Shown here in pieces: positions 19,083 through 28,428 of a stretch of DNA of 64,000 nt. The stretch is from contig JBBDWR010000029.1 in NCBI GenBank assembly GCA_040902745.1, positions 8,791-72,790 of the forward strand, given 5' to 3'. The notes beneath the pieces are model-generated. The model was not told where the DNA came from and ran no database searches. It was given only the letters and a program-made list of their open reading frames with translations. Position 1 is the first letter of the stretch. Every line of letters begins with the position of its first letter. The position numbers and the translations under genes were made by a program. This stretch comes from Actinomycetota bacterium (GTDB lineage Bacteria > Actinomycetota > UBA4738 > HRBIN12).

Positions 19083-19954
19083 GCACAGACGGCGGCAACG
19101 GGTGGATGAGGATCGCGGCAACTCCCGAGCGCGTTCGGATCGGCGTGTTGGTCTTCGCGAACGCCGTAGCCGCGTTCGCGTTCGTCTGGCCGTTCCTCGT
19201 TCCAAGTGTGCTCGGCGCGAACGGACCGCATCAGCGCGACGCGCCACTGATCCTACTCGGCGTGCTCGTGTGTCTCAGCGCGGTGCTGTTCGTCGACCTC
19301 GGCCGGGGCGGCATGGGCCCCAAGGCCGTGGCGCTGATCGGCGTGCTCGGAGCCGCGATGGTCGCGCTGCGGCTGCCGGGGTTCGTCGCGGGATTCTCCG
19401 CGATGTTCATCATCGTGCTCGTCGCCGGGAACGCGTTCGGGCCCGGGTTCGGGTTCGTGCTGGGAGCTATCGGAACCTTCGCGAGCGGACTGTTCGTGGG
19501 CGGGCTCGGCCCGTGGCTCCCGTTCCAGATGGCGGCGATCGGATGGGTCGGCCTCGGCGCCGGGCTACTTCCTGGAGCGGGCACCTCGTGGCGGGTTCGC
19601 CTCGCGGCGCTCGCCGCCTACGGGTTCGTCGTCGGATACGCCTTCGGGATCGTGATGAACCTCTGGTCCTGGCCGTTCACCGCGGCCGGATCCGAGCTGA
19701 GCTGGGTCCCGCAGCAGAGCCTCGCCGACAACGTCGAACACTACGTCGCCTACTACGCCGCGACGTCGGCGACGTGGGACACCTTCCGCGCGATCGGCAA
19801 CGCGGCGATGGTCGTGCTCCTCGGCCGGCCGCTGCTCGGCTCCTTGGATCGCGCCGCTCGGCGCATGCGCCTGGACATCCACACGCCCGAGTTCGTCGAA
19901 CCGCTCCCGGTGCAGGACGCTGCAAGCGACGACGGCGCGGTTGCGCTGCGCTGA
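19079..19954 (+). CDS. Polytopic membrane protein in S-component position (putative substrate-capture component of the ECF importer)
   Basis: ~292 aa with ~7-8 predicted TM helices. The start (ATGA) overlaps the ATPase stop and it is the last gene of the riboswitch operon. It is larger than typical S components. Confidence 0.5.
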   Translation: MSTDGGNGWMRIAATPERVRIGVLVFANAVAAFAFVWPFLVPSVLGANGPHQRDAPLILLGVLVCLSAVLFVDLGRGGMGPKAVALIGVLGAAMVALRLPGFVAGFSAMFIIVLVAGNAFGPGFGFVLGAIGTFASGLFVGGLGPWLPFQMAAIGWVGLGAGLLPGAGTSWRVRLAALAAYGFVVGYAFGIVMNLWSWPFTAAGSELSWVPQQSLADNVEHYVAYYAATSATWDTFRAIGNAAMVVLLGRPLLGSLDRAARRMRLDIHTPEFVEPLPVQDAASDDGAVALR

Positions 19955-19960
19955 GAGCGG

Positions 19961-22354
19961 TCAGGCGCTTCGGGTTGAGGAGCGGGACTCTTCCCACTCT
20001 TCTGCAGTGAGCAACACGTCGCGCGCCTTGGACCCCTGGGATGGACCGACCACGCCGCGCTCCTCCAGCAGATCCATCAAGCGTCCGGCGCGGGAGAAGC
20101 CGACCTTGAGCTTGCGCTGCAACATCGAGGTGGAGCCCAGCTGGGAGCGGATCACGAGGTCTGCAGCCTGTTCCAGCAGGTCGTCGTCGTCCGAGGATCC
20201 GGCGCTCACCGCGGCCTCCTCTTCCGCGCTCGGCGGGCGACCGAGTCCCTCCACGGTTGTCTCGTAGACGACCTCTCGCTGACCACGGATCCATTCGGCG
20301 ACCGCGTGGATCTCCTTCTCCGTCACCCAGGCGGCTTGCAGGCGGATCGGCTTGTTGGCGTTGGCGGGGGCATACAGCATGTCGCCGTGCCCGACGAGCT
20401 TCTCGGCGCCGTTCGAGTCGAGGATCACGCGGGAGTCGGCCTGACTCGACGTCATCAACGCGATCCGGCTCGGGATGTTGGCCTTGATCAGCCCGGTGAC
20501 GACATCGACCGAGGGTCGTTGCGTGGCGACCACGAGGTGGATCCCCACGGCGCGCGCCATCTGGGCCACGCGGCAGATCGCGTCCTCCACGGCGCGCGGG
20601 GCGACCATCATCAGGTCTGCGAGCTCGTCGATCACGACAACGAGATATGGGAACTCCACGAACTTCGACTCCTGGCCCGGTGGGATCCGCAGTGTGCCGT
20701 CGGCGAGGCCTTCCCGGTACCCGTCGATGTCGCGGACGCCGCACATCGCGAGGAGTTCGTACCGGTTCTCCATCTCGCGGACGACCCACCCCAGCGCCTC
20801 GGCGGCGCGCTTCGGATGCACGATCACCGGGGAGAGCAGGTGCGGGAGGTCGGCGAAGTGCGACAGCTCCACACGCTTGGGGTCGATCAGGACGAGCTTG
20901 ACCCGATCCGGGTCGGTGCGCATCAGGATCGACGTCACGAACGAGTTGATCAGGCTCGACTTTCCGGCACCGGTCGCGCCGGCGATCAGGACATGCGGCA
21001 TCTTCGCGAGGTCGACCATCTGCGCGCGCCCGTGGACATCCTTGCCGAGCGCGACCGAGAGCTGCAGCGTCTCATCGCGCGCCGCCTTGCTCCGGAGGAT
21101 GTCGCCCAGCGTTACGAAGTCGCGGACCCTGTTCGGGACCTCGACGCCGATCGCGGACCTGCCGGGGATCGGCGCGATGATCCGCACGTCGGGTGTGGCC
21201 AATGCATAGGCGATGTCGTCGGCGAGGTTGAGCACCTTGTTGACCTTGGTGCCCGCGCCGACCTCCACCTCGTAGAGCGTGACCGTGGGCCCGCGGTGGG
21301 CCGTGGGTACCGTCGCCTCCACCCCGAACGTCTGGAACGTGCGCTCGAGGGCGTCCATCGTGTGCTCCTCATCGCTCGTATCGGCTTCCTTCGCCGGAGC
21401 CGTGCGCAACAGATCGAGGGGCGGCAGCTTGTACTCCCCCTGTGCGGCGCGCTTGGAGGCTGCCGCCGCGACCGTCGGAGCGACCGGGGCCGGCGCCAGG
21501 TCGTCCAGTTCCTCCGCGGCCAACGGGATCTTCGCGGGCGCAAACGCCGCGGAGGCAGACGAAGTGGCGTCGTCGGCATCGGGGACCACGATCGTCTGTT
21601 CCGTCGCTGCATCCTCGTCGTCGCTTCGCAGCACCCGTCGACCGCGCACGGGATCCTGCGCAGGCCCCGGAGCGCGATCGCTCCGCTCGTCATCGGCCTC
21701 AACCTCGCTCAGACCGAACGCCCGCGAGAGGGCTCCATCCGAGAACAGCTCCTTGAGCCGAACCCATACGTTCGACAGAGGGGTTCCCGAGAAGATCAGG
21801 ACGCCGAGCAGAACGAGACCGGTACAGACGATCCCGCCGCCGAGCGGTGACAGCGCGGTGCCGAGCGGCCAGCCGAACAAGGAACCGACGGATCCGCCGG
21901 CCTCGGCGATCCCTTGCGCGCGACCGCCGTCCCATCCGTCGAGTGGCGAGGGATTGCCGTTCGTGATCGAGAGGATGCCGAGTACCCCGGCGAACGCGAT
22001 CGCGAACCCGATGAACATCCGCACCCGGTCCTCGTCCGCCGTTTTCCGCAAAAGGAGAACGCCCCAGTACACGGCGATCACCGGGAAGGCGATCGCCGCG
22101 AGCCCGAACGCCCCCTTGAGCAACCATTCGATCGCCCGGCCCGCGCTCCCCGCCGCGTCGAACCAGAGGGCGAGGATCGCAAGGAGCGCGAACACGACGA
22201 GGAAGATCCCGAACGCGTCGCGGGCCCACGGTGCGAGATGGGTACGAACGGGCGTGCGCTCGGATGCGGACGACCTCGCGCCGGAACCTTTCTTGGACGC
22301 ACCGCGACGGCCAGACGACCGGGACGCGGAGCCCCGCTTCGTCTTCGTGGTCAC
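19961..22354 (-). CDS. ftsK: DNA translocase FtsK
   Basis: 797 aa with N-terminal TM helices, a Pro/Ala-rich linker, the FtsK alpha/beta motor (GATGAGKS Walker A) and a C-terminal gamma wHTH domain. Confidence 0.9.
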   Translation of the reverse strand: MTTKTKRGSASRSSGRRGASKKGSGARSSASERTPVRTHLAPWARDAFGIFLVVFALLAILALWFDAAGSAGRAIEWLLKGAFGLAAIAFPVIAVYWGVLLLRKTADEDRVRMFIGFAIAFAGVLGILSITNGNPSPLDGWDGGRAQGIAEAGGSVGSLFGWPLGTALSPLGGGIVCTGLVLLGVLIFSGTPLSNVWVRLKELFSDGALSRAFGLSEVEADDERSDRAPGPAQDPVRGRRVLRSDDEDAATEQTIVVPDADDATSSASAAFAPAKIPLAAEELDDLAPAPVAPTVAAAASKRAAQGEYKLPPLDLLRTAPAKEADTSDEEHTMDALERTFQTFGVEATVPTAHRGPTVTLYEVEVGAGTKVNKVLNLADDIAYALATPDVRIIAPIPGRSAIGVEVPNRVRDFVTLGDILRSKAARDETLQLSVALGKDVHGRAQMVDLAKMPHVLIAGATGAGKSSLINSFVTSILMRTDPDRVKLVLIDPKRVELSHFADLPHLLSPVIVHPKRAAEALGWVVREMENRYELLAMCGVRDIDGYREGLADGTLRIPPGQESKFVEFPYLVVVIDELADLMMVAPRAVEDAICRVAQMARAVGIHLVVATQRPSVDVVTGLIKANIPSRIALMTSSQADSRVILDSNGAEKLVGHGDMLYAPANANKPIRLQAAWVTEKEIHAVAEWIRGQREVVYETTVEGLGRPPSAEEEAAVSAGSSDDDDLLEQAADLVIRSQLGSTSMLQRKLKVGFSRAGRLMDLLEERGVVGPSQGSKARDVLLTAEEWEESRSSTRSA

Positions 22355-24043
22355 CTACACCTCCAGGACGATGGGAAGGATCACGGGCTTGCGCTTGGTG
22401 ACCTCCCAGAAGTACTTCGCGAGCACGCGCCGGACGTTCTGCTGCAGGACCGTGCGGTCCGTGACTTCATCCTTGGCGCTGCCTTCCAACGACAGCATGA
22501 CGCGATTCCGGGCCTCTTCAAGGATGTCGGCGGAGGTTTCATCGTAGACGAACCCCCGGTTCACGAGCTCGACCTCGCCCAGAAGTTCCCCGTGGTGGGC
22601 ATCGATCGTCACGACAGCGACCACGACGCCGTCGGCGGACAGTTTGCGACGATCCCGAAGGACCTCACCGCCCACATCCCCGATCCCGAGCCCGTCGACG
22701 AATGTCATGCCGGCCGGGGCACGGCCGGTGATCGCCACCTTCTCGCCCACTTCCACGATGTCGCCGTCCTCGGCGATCAGCACGTGATCGGACTCCACGC
22801 CGGTTTCGCGCGCGATCCGCGCATGATGCGACAGGTGCCGGCGCTCACCGTGGATCGGGATGAACCAACGTGGCCGAACCATGTTCAACATGAGGCGCAG
22901 TTCTTCCGCGCTCGCGTGGCCCGAGGCGTGGACCTGGGCAGCTGGGACGTGAAACACGTTCGCGCCCGTTCGGTACAGACCGTCGACCACCCGATGGATC
23001 GCCGGCTCGTTGCCGGGGATCAATGAGGACGACAGCACGACGCTGTCGCCCTCCTTCAGCTTGATCCACTTGTGTTCGCGGGCGGCCATCAGCGACAGCG
23101 CCGAGAACGGCTCGCCTTGCGATCCGGTGGACACGACGACGACCCGAGAGGGATCGAGCTTGTCGACGTCTTCGATCAGGATCACGTCGGACTCCGGCAC
23201 GTCGAGGACCCCCAGCTCTCGCGCGGCTCGCACGGTTTGGTGCATCGACCGACCGAGGAAGGCGACGACCCGTTCATTGGCTCGGGCGGCCTCGATCACC
23301 TGCTGCACGCGGTGGATGTGGCTGGAGAAACACGCCACCACGACGAGCTGCTCCGCCTCCTCGACGATGTCGTGCAGCACCGGGCCGACGCTGCGCTCAC
23401 TCTGCGTGTAGCCGGGTTCCTCAGCGTTGGTGGAGTCCGACAGCAGCAGGTGCACACCGCGCTCGGCCTCCCGAGCGACCCCGTGAAGATCGGTCGGGCG
23501 GCCGTCCAGGGGCGTCTGGTCGATCTTGAAGTCGCCCGTGTGCAGGATCGACCCGAACGGGGTGTCCACCGCCACGGCCATGCCGTCGGGGATCGAGTGC
23601 GTCACATGCAAGAAGCGCATCGAGAACGGACCGACCGTCGCCCCACCGCCCACCTCCGCCTCACGGAAGTCGGCATAGTCCCGCACCTCGTGCTCTTCGA
23701 GCTTGCCGTGGAGCAGGGCAAGCGTGAACGGGGTCGCGTACACGGGCAAAACGTCATCGATCTCGCGAAGGAGGTAGGGAAACGCCCCGATGTGGTCTTC
23801 GTGGCCGTGGGTGAGGACGACGGCCTCGATGTCGTCGGCACGATCCCGCACATAGGTGAAGTCCGGGAGTACGAGGTCGACGCCCGGCATATCGGCGTTC
23901 GGGAACGACAGACCGACGTCGATCAGCAGCAGCCGGCCGTCGAGTTCCAGGCAGGCCATGTTGCGCCCGATCTCGCCGAGGCCGCCGAGGAAGACCAGGC
24001 GAACCGGGTCGGCAGAGCCGCCTTTAGGGGGACGATCGCTCAT
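22355..24043 (-). CDS. rnj: Ribonuclease J
   Basis: 562 aa with the metallo-beta-lactamase motif THGHEDHIG plus beta-CASP and C-terminal domains. Confidence 0.9.
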   Translation of the reverse strand: MSDRPPKGGSADPVRLVFLGGLGEIGRNMACLELDGRLLLIDVGLSFPNADMPGVDLVLPDFTYVRDRADDIEAVVLTHGHEDHIGAFPYLLREIDDVLPVYATPFTLALLHGKLEEHEVRDYADFREAEVGGGATVGPFSMRFLHVTHSIPDGMAVAVDTPFGSILHTGDFKIDQTPLDGRPTDLHGVAREAERGVHLLLSDSTNAEEPGYTQSERSVGPVLHDIVEEAEQLVVVACFSSHIHRVQQVIEAARANERVVAFLGRSMHQTVRAARELGVLDVPESDVILIEDVDKLDPSRVVVVSTGSQGEPFSALSLMAAREHKWIKLKEGDSVVLSSSLIPGNEPAIHRVVDGLYRTGANVFHVPAAQVHASGHASAEELRLMLNMVRPRWFIPIHGERRHLSHHARIARETGVESDHVLIAEDGDIVEVGEKVAITGRAPAGMTFVDGLGIGDVGGEVLRDRRKLSADGVVVAVVTIDAHHGELLGEVELVNRGFVYDETSADILEEARNRVMLSLEGSAKDEVTDRTVLQQNVRRVLAKYFWEVTKRKPVILPIVLEV

Positions 24044-24154
24044 CGAAGGCCCATCCTAGCCTGCGGACGGACCCTCGTTGCCGTCCCGCGACGCGGGCAG
24101 GAGACGATCAGGCGAAGATCGCGAAGCTGGTCCAAGGCAAGTTGGAGCGTCCGG

Positions 24155-25039
24155 CTAGAGCAGGCCCGCGTCCTCGAGTGCGGCTCGAACGCGGGAACTC
24201 TCCTGGTCGGTGGCGGGAACCAAAGGCAGACGCGGCGGACCTGCGGGGCGACCGAGGATCTCGAGGGCCGCCTTGATAGGGATCGGGTTCGAGGTGATGA
24301 ACAGCGTGTTGTACAGCGGCGAGAGTTCCTGATGGATCTTGCGGGCGGCCGGCACGTCCCCGGTTTCGATCAGGTCGATCATCTGACCGATCCGCGAGCC
24401 GACGAGGTGGCTCGCGACGCTGACGACGCCCTTGGCTCCCAGGCACATGTAGCCGAACGTTGCCCAGTCGTCGCCGCAGTAGACCTCGAAGTCTGCGGGC
24501 GCTTGGTCGATCAGTCTCGAGATCCCCTGGAAATCGCCCGTGGAGTCCTTCACCGCGACGATGTTGGGGATCTCCGCGAGCGCGAGCAGGGTGTCGTGTT
24601 CGATCCGCGTGGCAGTGCGTCCGGGGACGTTGTACGCGATGATCGGCAGCCGCGTTTGCTCGGCGACCGCCTTGAAGTGCGCGACCAGACCTCGCTGCGG
24701 TGGCTTGTTGTAGTACGGGGTGACGACGAGCAGTCCGTCCGCCCCCGCGTCCTCGGCCGCGCTGGTGAATTCCAGGGTTTCGGCCGTCGAGTACGTCCCA
24801 GCGCCGCAGATCACCTTGCCCCTGCCCCCCGCGGCTTCGACAACGGCGCGGTACAGATCGCCCTTCTCGCGGACGGTGAGCGTCGGGGCCTCACCCGTGG
24901 AACCGGCGACCACGAGCGCGTCCGATCCGGAGTCCAGGAGAGAGGCCGCCAATCGTTGAGCGCCGTCAAGGTCGAGCGTGTGGTCCTGCCTGAATGGGGT
25001 CACCATCGCGGTGACCACGGCTCCGAACCTGCCCGGCAT
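24155..25039 (-). CDS. dapA: 4-hydroxy-tetrahydrodipicolinate synthase
   Basis: 294-aa DapA/NAL-family TIM barrel (MVTPF..., GSTGE, the Schiff-base Lys region IVAVKDSTGD). Confidence 0.9.
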   Translation of the reverse strand: MPGRFGAVVTAMVTPFRQDHTLDLDGAQRLAASLLDSGSDALVVAGSTGEAPTLTVREKGDLYRAVVEAAGGRGKVICGAGTYSTAETLEFTSAAEDAGADGLLVVTPYYNKPPQRGLVAHFKAVAEQTRLPIIAYNVPGRTATRIEHDTLLALAEIPNIVAVKDSTGDFQGISRLIDQAPADFEVYCGDDWATFGYMCLGAKGVVSVASHLVGSRIGQMIDLIETGDVPAARKIHQELSPLYNTLFITSNPIPIKAALEILGRPAGPPRLPLVPATDQESSRVRAALEDAGLL

Positions 25040-25133
25040 GGCCTCTCCTCCTCACCCATCACGTGCGTTCGGAGGACTCAGGGTCCGATCTCGGGCCTGC
25101 GATGGCTCCGAGTGCACCGTGAGCCCCACGAGA

Positions 25134-25159
25134 CTCGTGTGACACCCGAGTCACACGAG
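25134..25159. promoter_or_regulatory. Perfect 10-bp inverted repeat CTCGTGTGAC-N6-GTCACACGAG (putative operator) in the dapA / adenosyltransferase divergent intergenic region
   Basis: Seen directly in the sequence. It lies ~70 bp upstream of the PduO-type adenosyltransferase start. Confidence 0.3.
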
Positions 25160-25230
25160 TAACAATTGGCACAGGAAACGCGGTTCCGACGACGGAGGTT
25201 CGCGGTCCCTTGCGGCTATCCTAGCGGCCG

Positions 25231-25788
25231 ATGCCCCGCATCTACACCAAGACCGGTGACGACGGAACCACGGGCCTGCTCTACGGGGGCCGGGTATCGA
25301 AGGCCGATCCCGCGACGGAGGCGTACGGCACGGTCGACGAGGCGGTTGCGGCGATCGGACTCGCCCGGGCTTCGAGCGACGAACCGGCCCTCGCCAAGGA
25401 TCTCTTGATGCTCCAGCGCGAACTCTTCGTCGTTGCCGCCGACCTCGCCACGAACCCCCGGGAGCGCGCCAAGCTCGAGGAGGATATCTCCCTGGTGTCC
25501 GAGGGCATGACCCGTCGGCTCGAACGACGGATCGACGAGCTGGTCGCGCAAGCTCCTCTCCCCCAGATGTTCATCGTACCCGGCGCGAACCCGACCAGCG
25601 CCGCGACCGACCTCGCGCGCAGCATCGTGCGGCGTGCCGAGCGGCTCGTGGTTGCCCTGCTAGACGAACCCGCGCGCGAAGCCAATCCGGAGGTGCAGCG
25701 GTACCTGAACCGGCTCAGTGATCTGCTCTTCGTACTCGCGCGTTGGGCCGCGGGGGAGTCCGAACCGGCGAGCCGGAAGGACGCCTAG
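25231..25788 (+). CDS. PduO-type ATP:cob(I)alamin adenosyltransferase
   Basis: 185 aa. The N-terminus MPRIYTKTGDDGTTGL and the helical bundle are diagnostic of the PduO/MMAB family. Confidence 0.85.
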   Translation: MPRIYTKTGDDGTTGLLYGGRVSKADPATEAYGTVDEAVAAIGLARASSDEPALAKDLLMLQRELFVVAADLATNPRERAKLEEDISLVSEGMTRRLERRIDELVAQAPLPQMFIVPGANPTSAATDLARSIVRRAERLVVALLDEPAREANPEVQRYLNRLSDLLFVLARWAAGESEPASRKDA

Positions 25789-26243
25789 CCCGAGGCTGCG
25801 GGAGGGATGAACGCGCCGTAGTCGTCCTCGCCGAGGACGAGGAACAGCAGCCCAATCGTGCTCGGATCGACCTCGGGGGGGAATTCGAAGCGGAAGCTCT
25901 CGTTCTTGCCGTCGGGAATCGGCTTGGCGCCGACCACCTTGCCGTCGACCTGCGCGCCGTCGTCTGCGGCGCGAACGTAGAGGAACGGCTCGGGGAGCTC
26001 GCGCCCGGTCTTGTTGGAGATGTCGAGCTGCCCGGCGTTGCCGTCGAACTCCACAGTGGCTCGCAACCCCGCGTTCGCATAGAGGTACTTGCCGGCGATC
26101 GGCCCCGAGGGGTCTTCCGTTGCCGACGGATCCGGTGTCGTCGGGTCCGGCGTCGGCTCGGCATCGGAATCGCACCCGGTAGCCAGCACGGCAACCACGC
26201 CCACGGCGGCGAAGAGCGCGAGGAACCTGCGTAGAGTGCTCAC
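25785..26243 (-). CDS. Lipoprotein of unknown function
   Basis: GTG start, signal peptide with lipobox (VAVLATGC), then an acidic Pro/Thr-rich linker and a beta-rich domain. Confidence 0.6.
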   Translation of the reverse strand: MSTLRRFLALFAAVGVVAVLATGCDSDAEPTPDPTTPDPSATEDPSGPIAGKYLYANAGLRATVEFDGNAGQLDISNKTGRELPEPFLYVRAADDGAQVDGKVVGAKPIPDGKNESFRFEFPPEVDPSTIGLLFLVLGEDDYGAFIPPAASG

Positions 26244-26252
26244 GGCGCGGGC

Positions 26253-26753
26253 ATGCTACACGAACTCCCGGCCGCAGAACCTGCGAGGAGCCCGACCACG
26301 ACGAAAACGCTAGAACTCCGGCGACATGCCAGGCGCGACCCTCAGGCCGATCGCCTGTCGCCCGAGGGGCGGATCCAGGCCGAGGACACCGGCCGAGGCA
26401 TGACGGGCGGCTACGCGCTCGTGTTCGTCTCTCCCGCCACCCGCGCGGCCGAGACCGCCGCCTGGTTCCTGCGTGGCATGGGAGCACAGCTGCCAGAGCA
26501 CGCGATCGTGCCGGGTCTGGCGGGTATCGAGCCCGGAAAACCCACTCCGGACGGCATGGCACGCACGGTTCGCGACCTCCTGGTGCAGATCCCGGCCGGC
26601 GGCCGGGGGCTCGCCATCGGCCATACCCCGTTGATCGAACATGCGGCCAAGGGCCTCACCGGATCGCCGATCGAGGCGCTCGCTGAATGTGAGGGCATCT
26701 TGGTGACCCAGGACGGTGACGAACTCCGCGTCGATGAACTCCGCCGCAGCTAG
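26253..26753 (+). CDS. Histidine phosphatase family protein (SixA-like phosphohistidine phosphatase)
   Basis: RHG-type motif LELRRHARRD near the N-terminus, a small ~165-aa size and a second His motif (IGHTPL). Confidence 0.7.
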   Translation: MLHELPAAEPARSPTTTKTLELRRHARRDPQADRLSPEGRIQAEDTGRGMTGGYALVFVSPATRAAETAAWFLRGMGAQLPEHAIVPGLAGIEPGKPTPDGMARTVRDLLVQIPAGGRGLAIGHTPLIEHAAKGLTGSPIEALAECEGILVTQDGDELRVDELRRS

Positions 26754-26776
26754 GCGTGATCCGCGGGAACCGACGG

Positions 26777-27592
26777 CTAGATCGCCTCGAACACGTCGGC
26801 AAGCAGTGGCGCATGGGGCTCTCGTTGCGGCCATGCCATCACGTACCGCTCCCAGCCAAGCACCTCTGGCCACACTTCGTCGGGAAACGCTTGCCCATCC
26901 GCCTGCGTTCGATGCTCGCGCAGGGCTTCCAACTTTCGCCGCCATACCTCCGAGGTGTCTGCGAGCACACCCAGCGTGTCGTCGGGAACACCTCTCGGTT
27001 GGAACGGCTGGGTCGAGTCGATCGGGTCCTGGCCGGCCGTGACCAGCCATTCGTTCATCTTGTCGATCTCGCTCCGCGTAACCACGCTGTAGAGCAGTCG
27101 GCGCAGTCCGTCTCGGTCCGCGCCTTCCGAACGGACACGGTGGAACGCCTCGGTGGCGACAAGGCCGATCGTGACGTGATCTTCGTGGCCGGTGATGCCG
27201 TCGGGGCCGAACGTCACGACGACATCGGGTCGCGCCTCCCGCAGCACCTGCGCCACCCGCTCGATCAGCTCCTCGCGGTCGGCCGACAGCAGCTCCCCGT
27301 CCTTGTAGCGCAGGAACTCGAGACGATCGGGTTCTCGACCCAGCGTCCGCCACGACGCCCGGTCTTCTTCCTCCCGGACCTCCGCGAGGTTCTCCGGCGT
27401 CGCGAGACTCGGATCTGCGATCTCGCCGGCATCGCCGCTGGTCGCGAGGACGAGAGTGAACTCGAAACCGGGATCGTCGGCATGCAACGCGACCGTGCCA
27501 CTGGTCCCCCACGTATCGTCGTCGGGGTGGGCGAGCACGATCGCCAGGCGCTTGCTCACTCGGTGCCTCCAGTCGAGGTCGTGGACGGACAT
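26777..27592 (-). CDS. PIG-L/LmbE family N-acetylglucosaminyl deacetylase (MshB/Mca-like)
   Basis: The internal ATG at 27592 gives MSVHDLDWRH...AIVLAHPDDDTWG (AHPDD(D/E) zinc motif) and HxDH. The upstream ORF extension is artefact. Confidence 0.75.
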   Translation of the reverse strand: MSVHDLDWRHRVSKRLAIVLAHPDDDTWGTSGTVALHADDPGFEFTLVLATSGDAGEIADPSLATPENLAEVREEEDRASWRTLGREPDRLEFLRYKDGELLSADREELIERVAQVLREARPDVVVTFGPDGITGHEDHVTIGLVATEAFHRVRSEGADRDGLRRLLYSVVTRSEIDKMNEWLVTAGQDPIDSTQPFQPRGVPDDTLGVLADTSEVWRRKLEALREHRTQADGQAFPDEVWPEVLGWERYVMAWPQREPHAPLLADVFEAI

Positions 27593-27621
27593 GCTTCGAA
27601 CGTCACCGGTTCGCGCCGATC

Positions 27622-28428
27622 TCAGGGATCCAGATCGAGATCGAGCAGCGGCTCGAGCCCGATCGTCAGCCCGCGACGGGTCGACACTGCCTTGATCGCA
27701 AGCAACACCCCGGGCATGAAGCTGTTGCGATCCATCGCATCGTGTCGGATCGTCAGGGTCTGTCCCTGGCCTCCGAAGATGATCTCCTGGTGCGCCACGA
27801 GCCCAGGGAGCCGTACGGAGTGCACGCGAACCCCGTCGAAGTCGGCGCCGCGCGCGCCCGGGACCGACTCGCCCGTCGGTCCTCGATAGTCGGCCGTGCG
27901 CTCGGCGAGCAGTCGCCGAGCCGAAGCGAGCGCCGTACCCGACGGGGCGTCGACCTTGCCGTCGTGGTGCAGTTCGATGATCTCCGCGGAGGGGAACACA
28001 TGGGCCGCGATCGCTGCGAAACGATCCATCAGCACCGCGCCCAGCGCGAAGTTCGGCGCAACGATCACGTTGGACTCGTTGCCCTCCGCCTCGAGCTGCG
28101 CCGTGATGCCTTCCAATTCCCCAGTCGTGAGGCCAGTGGTTCCCACGACCAGATTGACTCCGTGTGCGATGCACCACTGCAGGTCGTCCCGCACCGCGTC
28201 TGGGGTGGTGAAGTCGACGGCCACCTCGACCTCCGCCTGCAGCAGCGCGTCGAGATCGTCGGTGATCGGGACGTCGGCCTCGGGGTGTCCGATCAGCTTG
28301 CCGATCGACTGTCCGGTGCGCGATCGATCGATCGCGGCAACCAGTCTCGCGTCCGGATCCTCGACGACGGCGCGGCACACCAACTGGCCCATGCGTCCGC
28401 TGGCACCGATCACGCCCACCCGGATCAC
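27622..28428 (-). CDS. dapB: 4-hydroxy-tetrahydrodipicolinate reductase
   Basis: GTG start gives VIRVGVIGASGRMG (Rossmann fold) and the DapB C-terminal domain (EIIELHH). The start overlaps the stop of the upstream peptidase gene. Confidence 0.85.
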   Translation of the reverse strand: MIRVGVIGASGRMGQLVCRAVVEDPDARLVAAIDRSRTGQSIGKLIGHPEADVPITDDLDALLQAEVEVAVDFTTPDAVRDDLQWCIAHGVNLVVGTTGLTTGELEGITAQLEAEGNESNVIVAPNFALGAVLMDRFAAIAAHVFPSAEIIELHHDGKVDAPSGTALASARRLLAERTADYRGPTGESVPGARGADFDGVRVHSVRLPGLVAHQEIIFGGQGQTLTIRHDAMDRNSFMPGVLLAIKAVSTRRGLTIGLEPLLDLDLDP

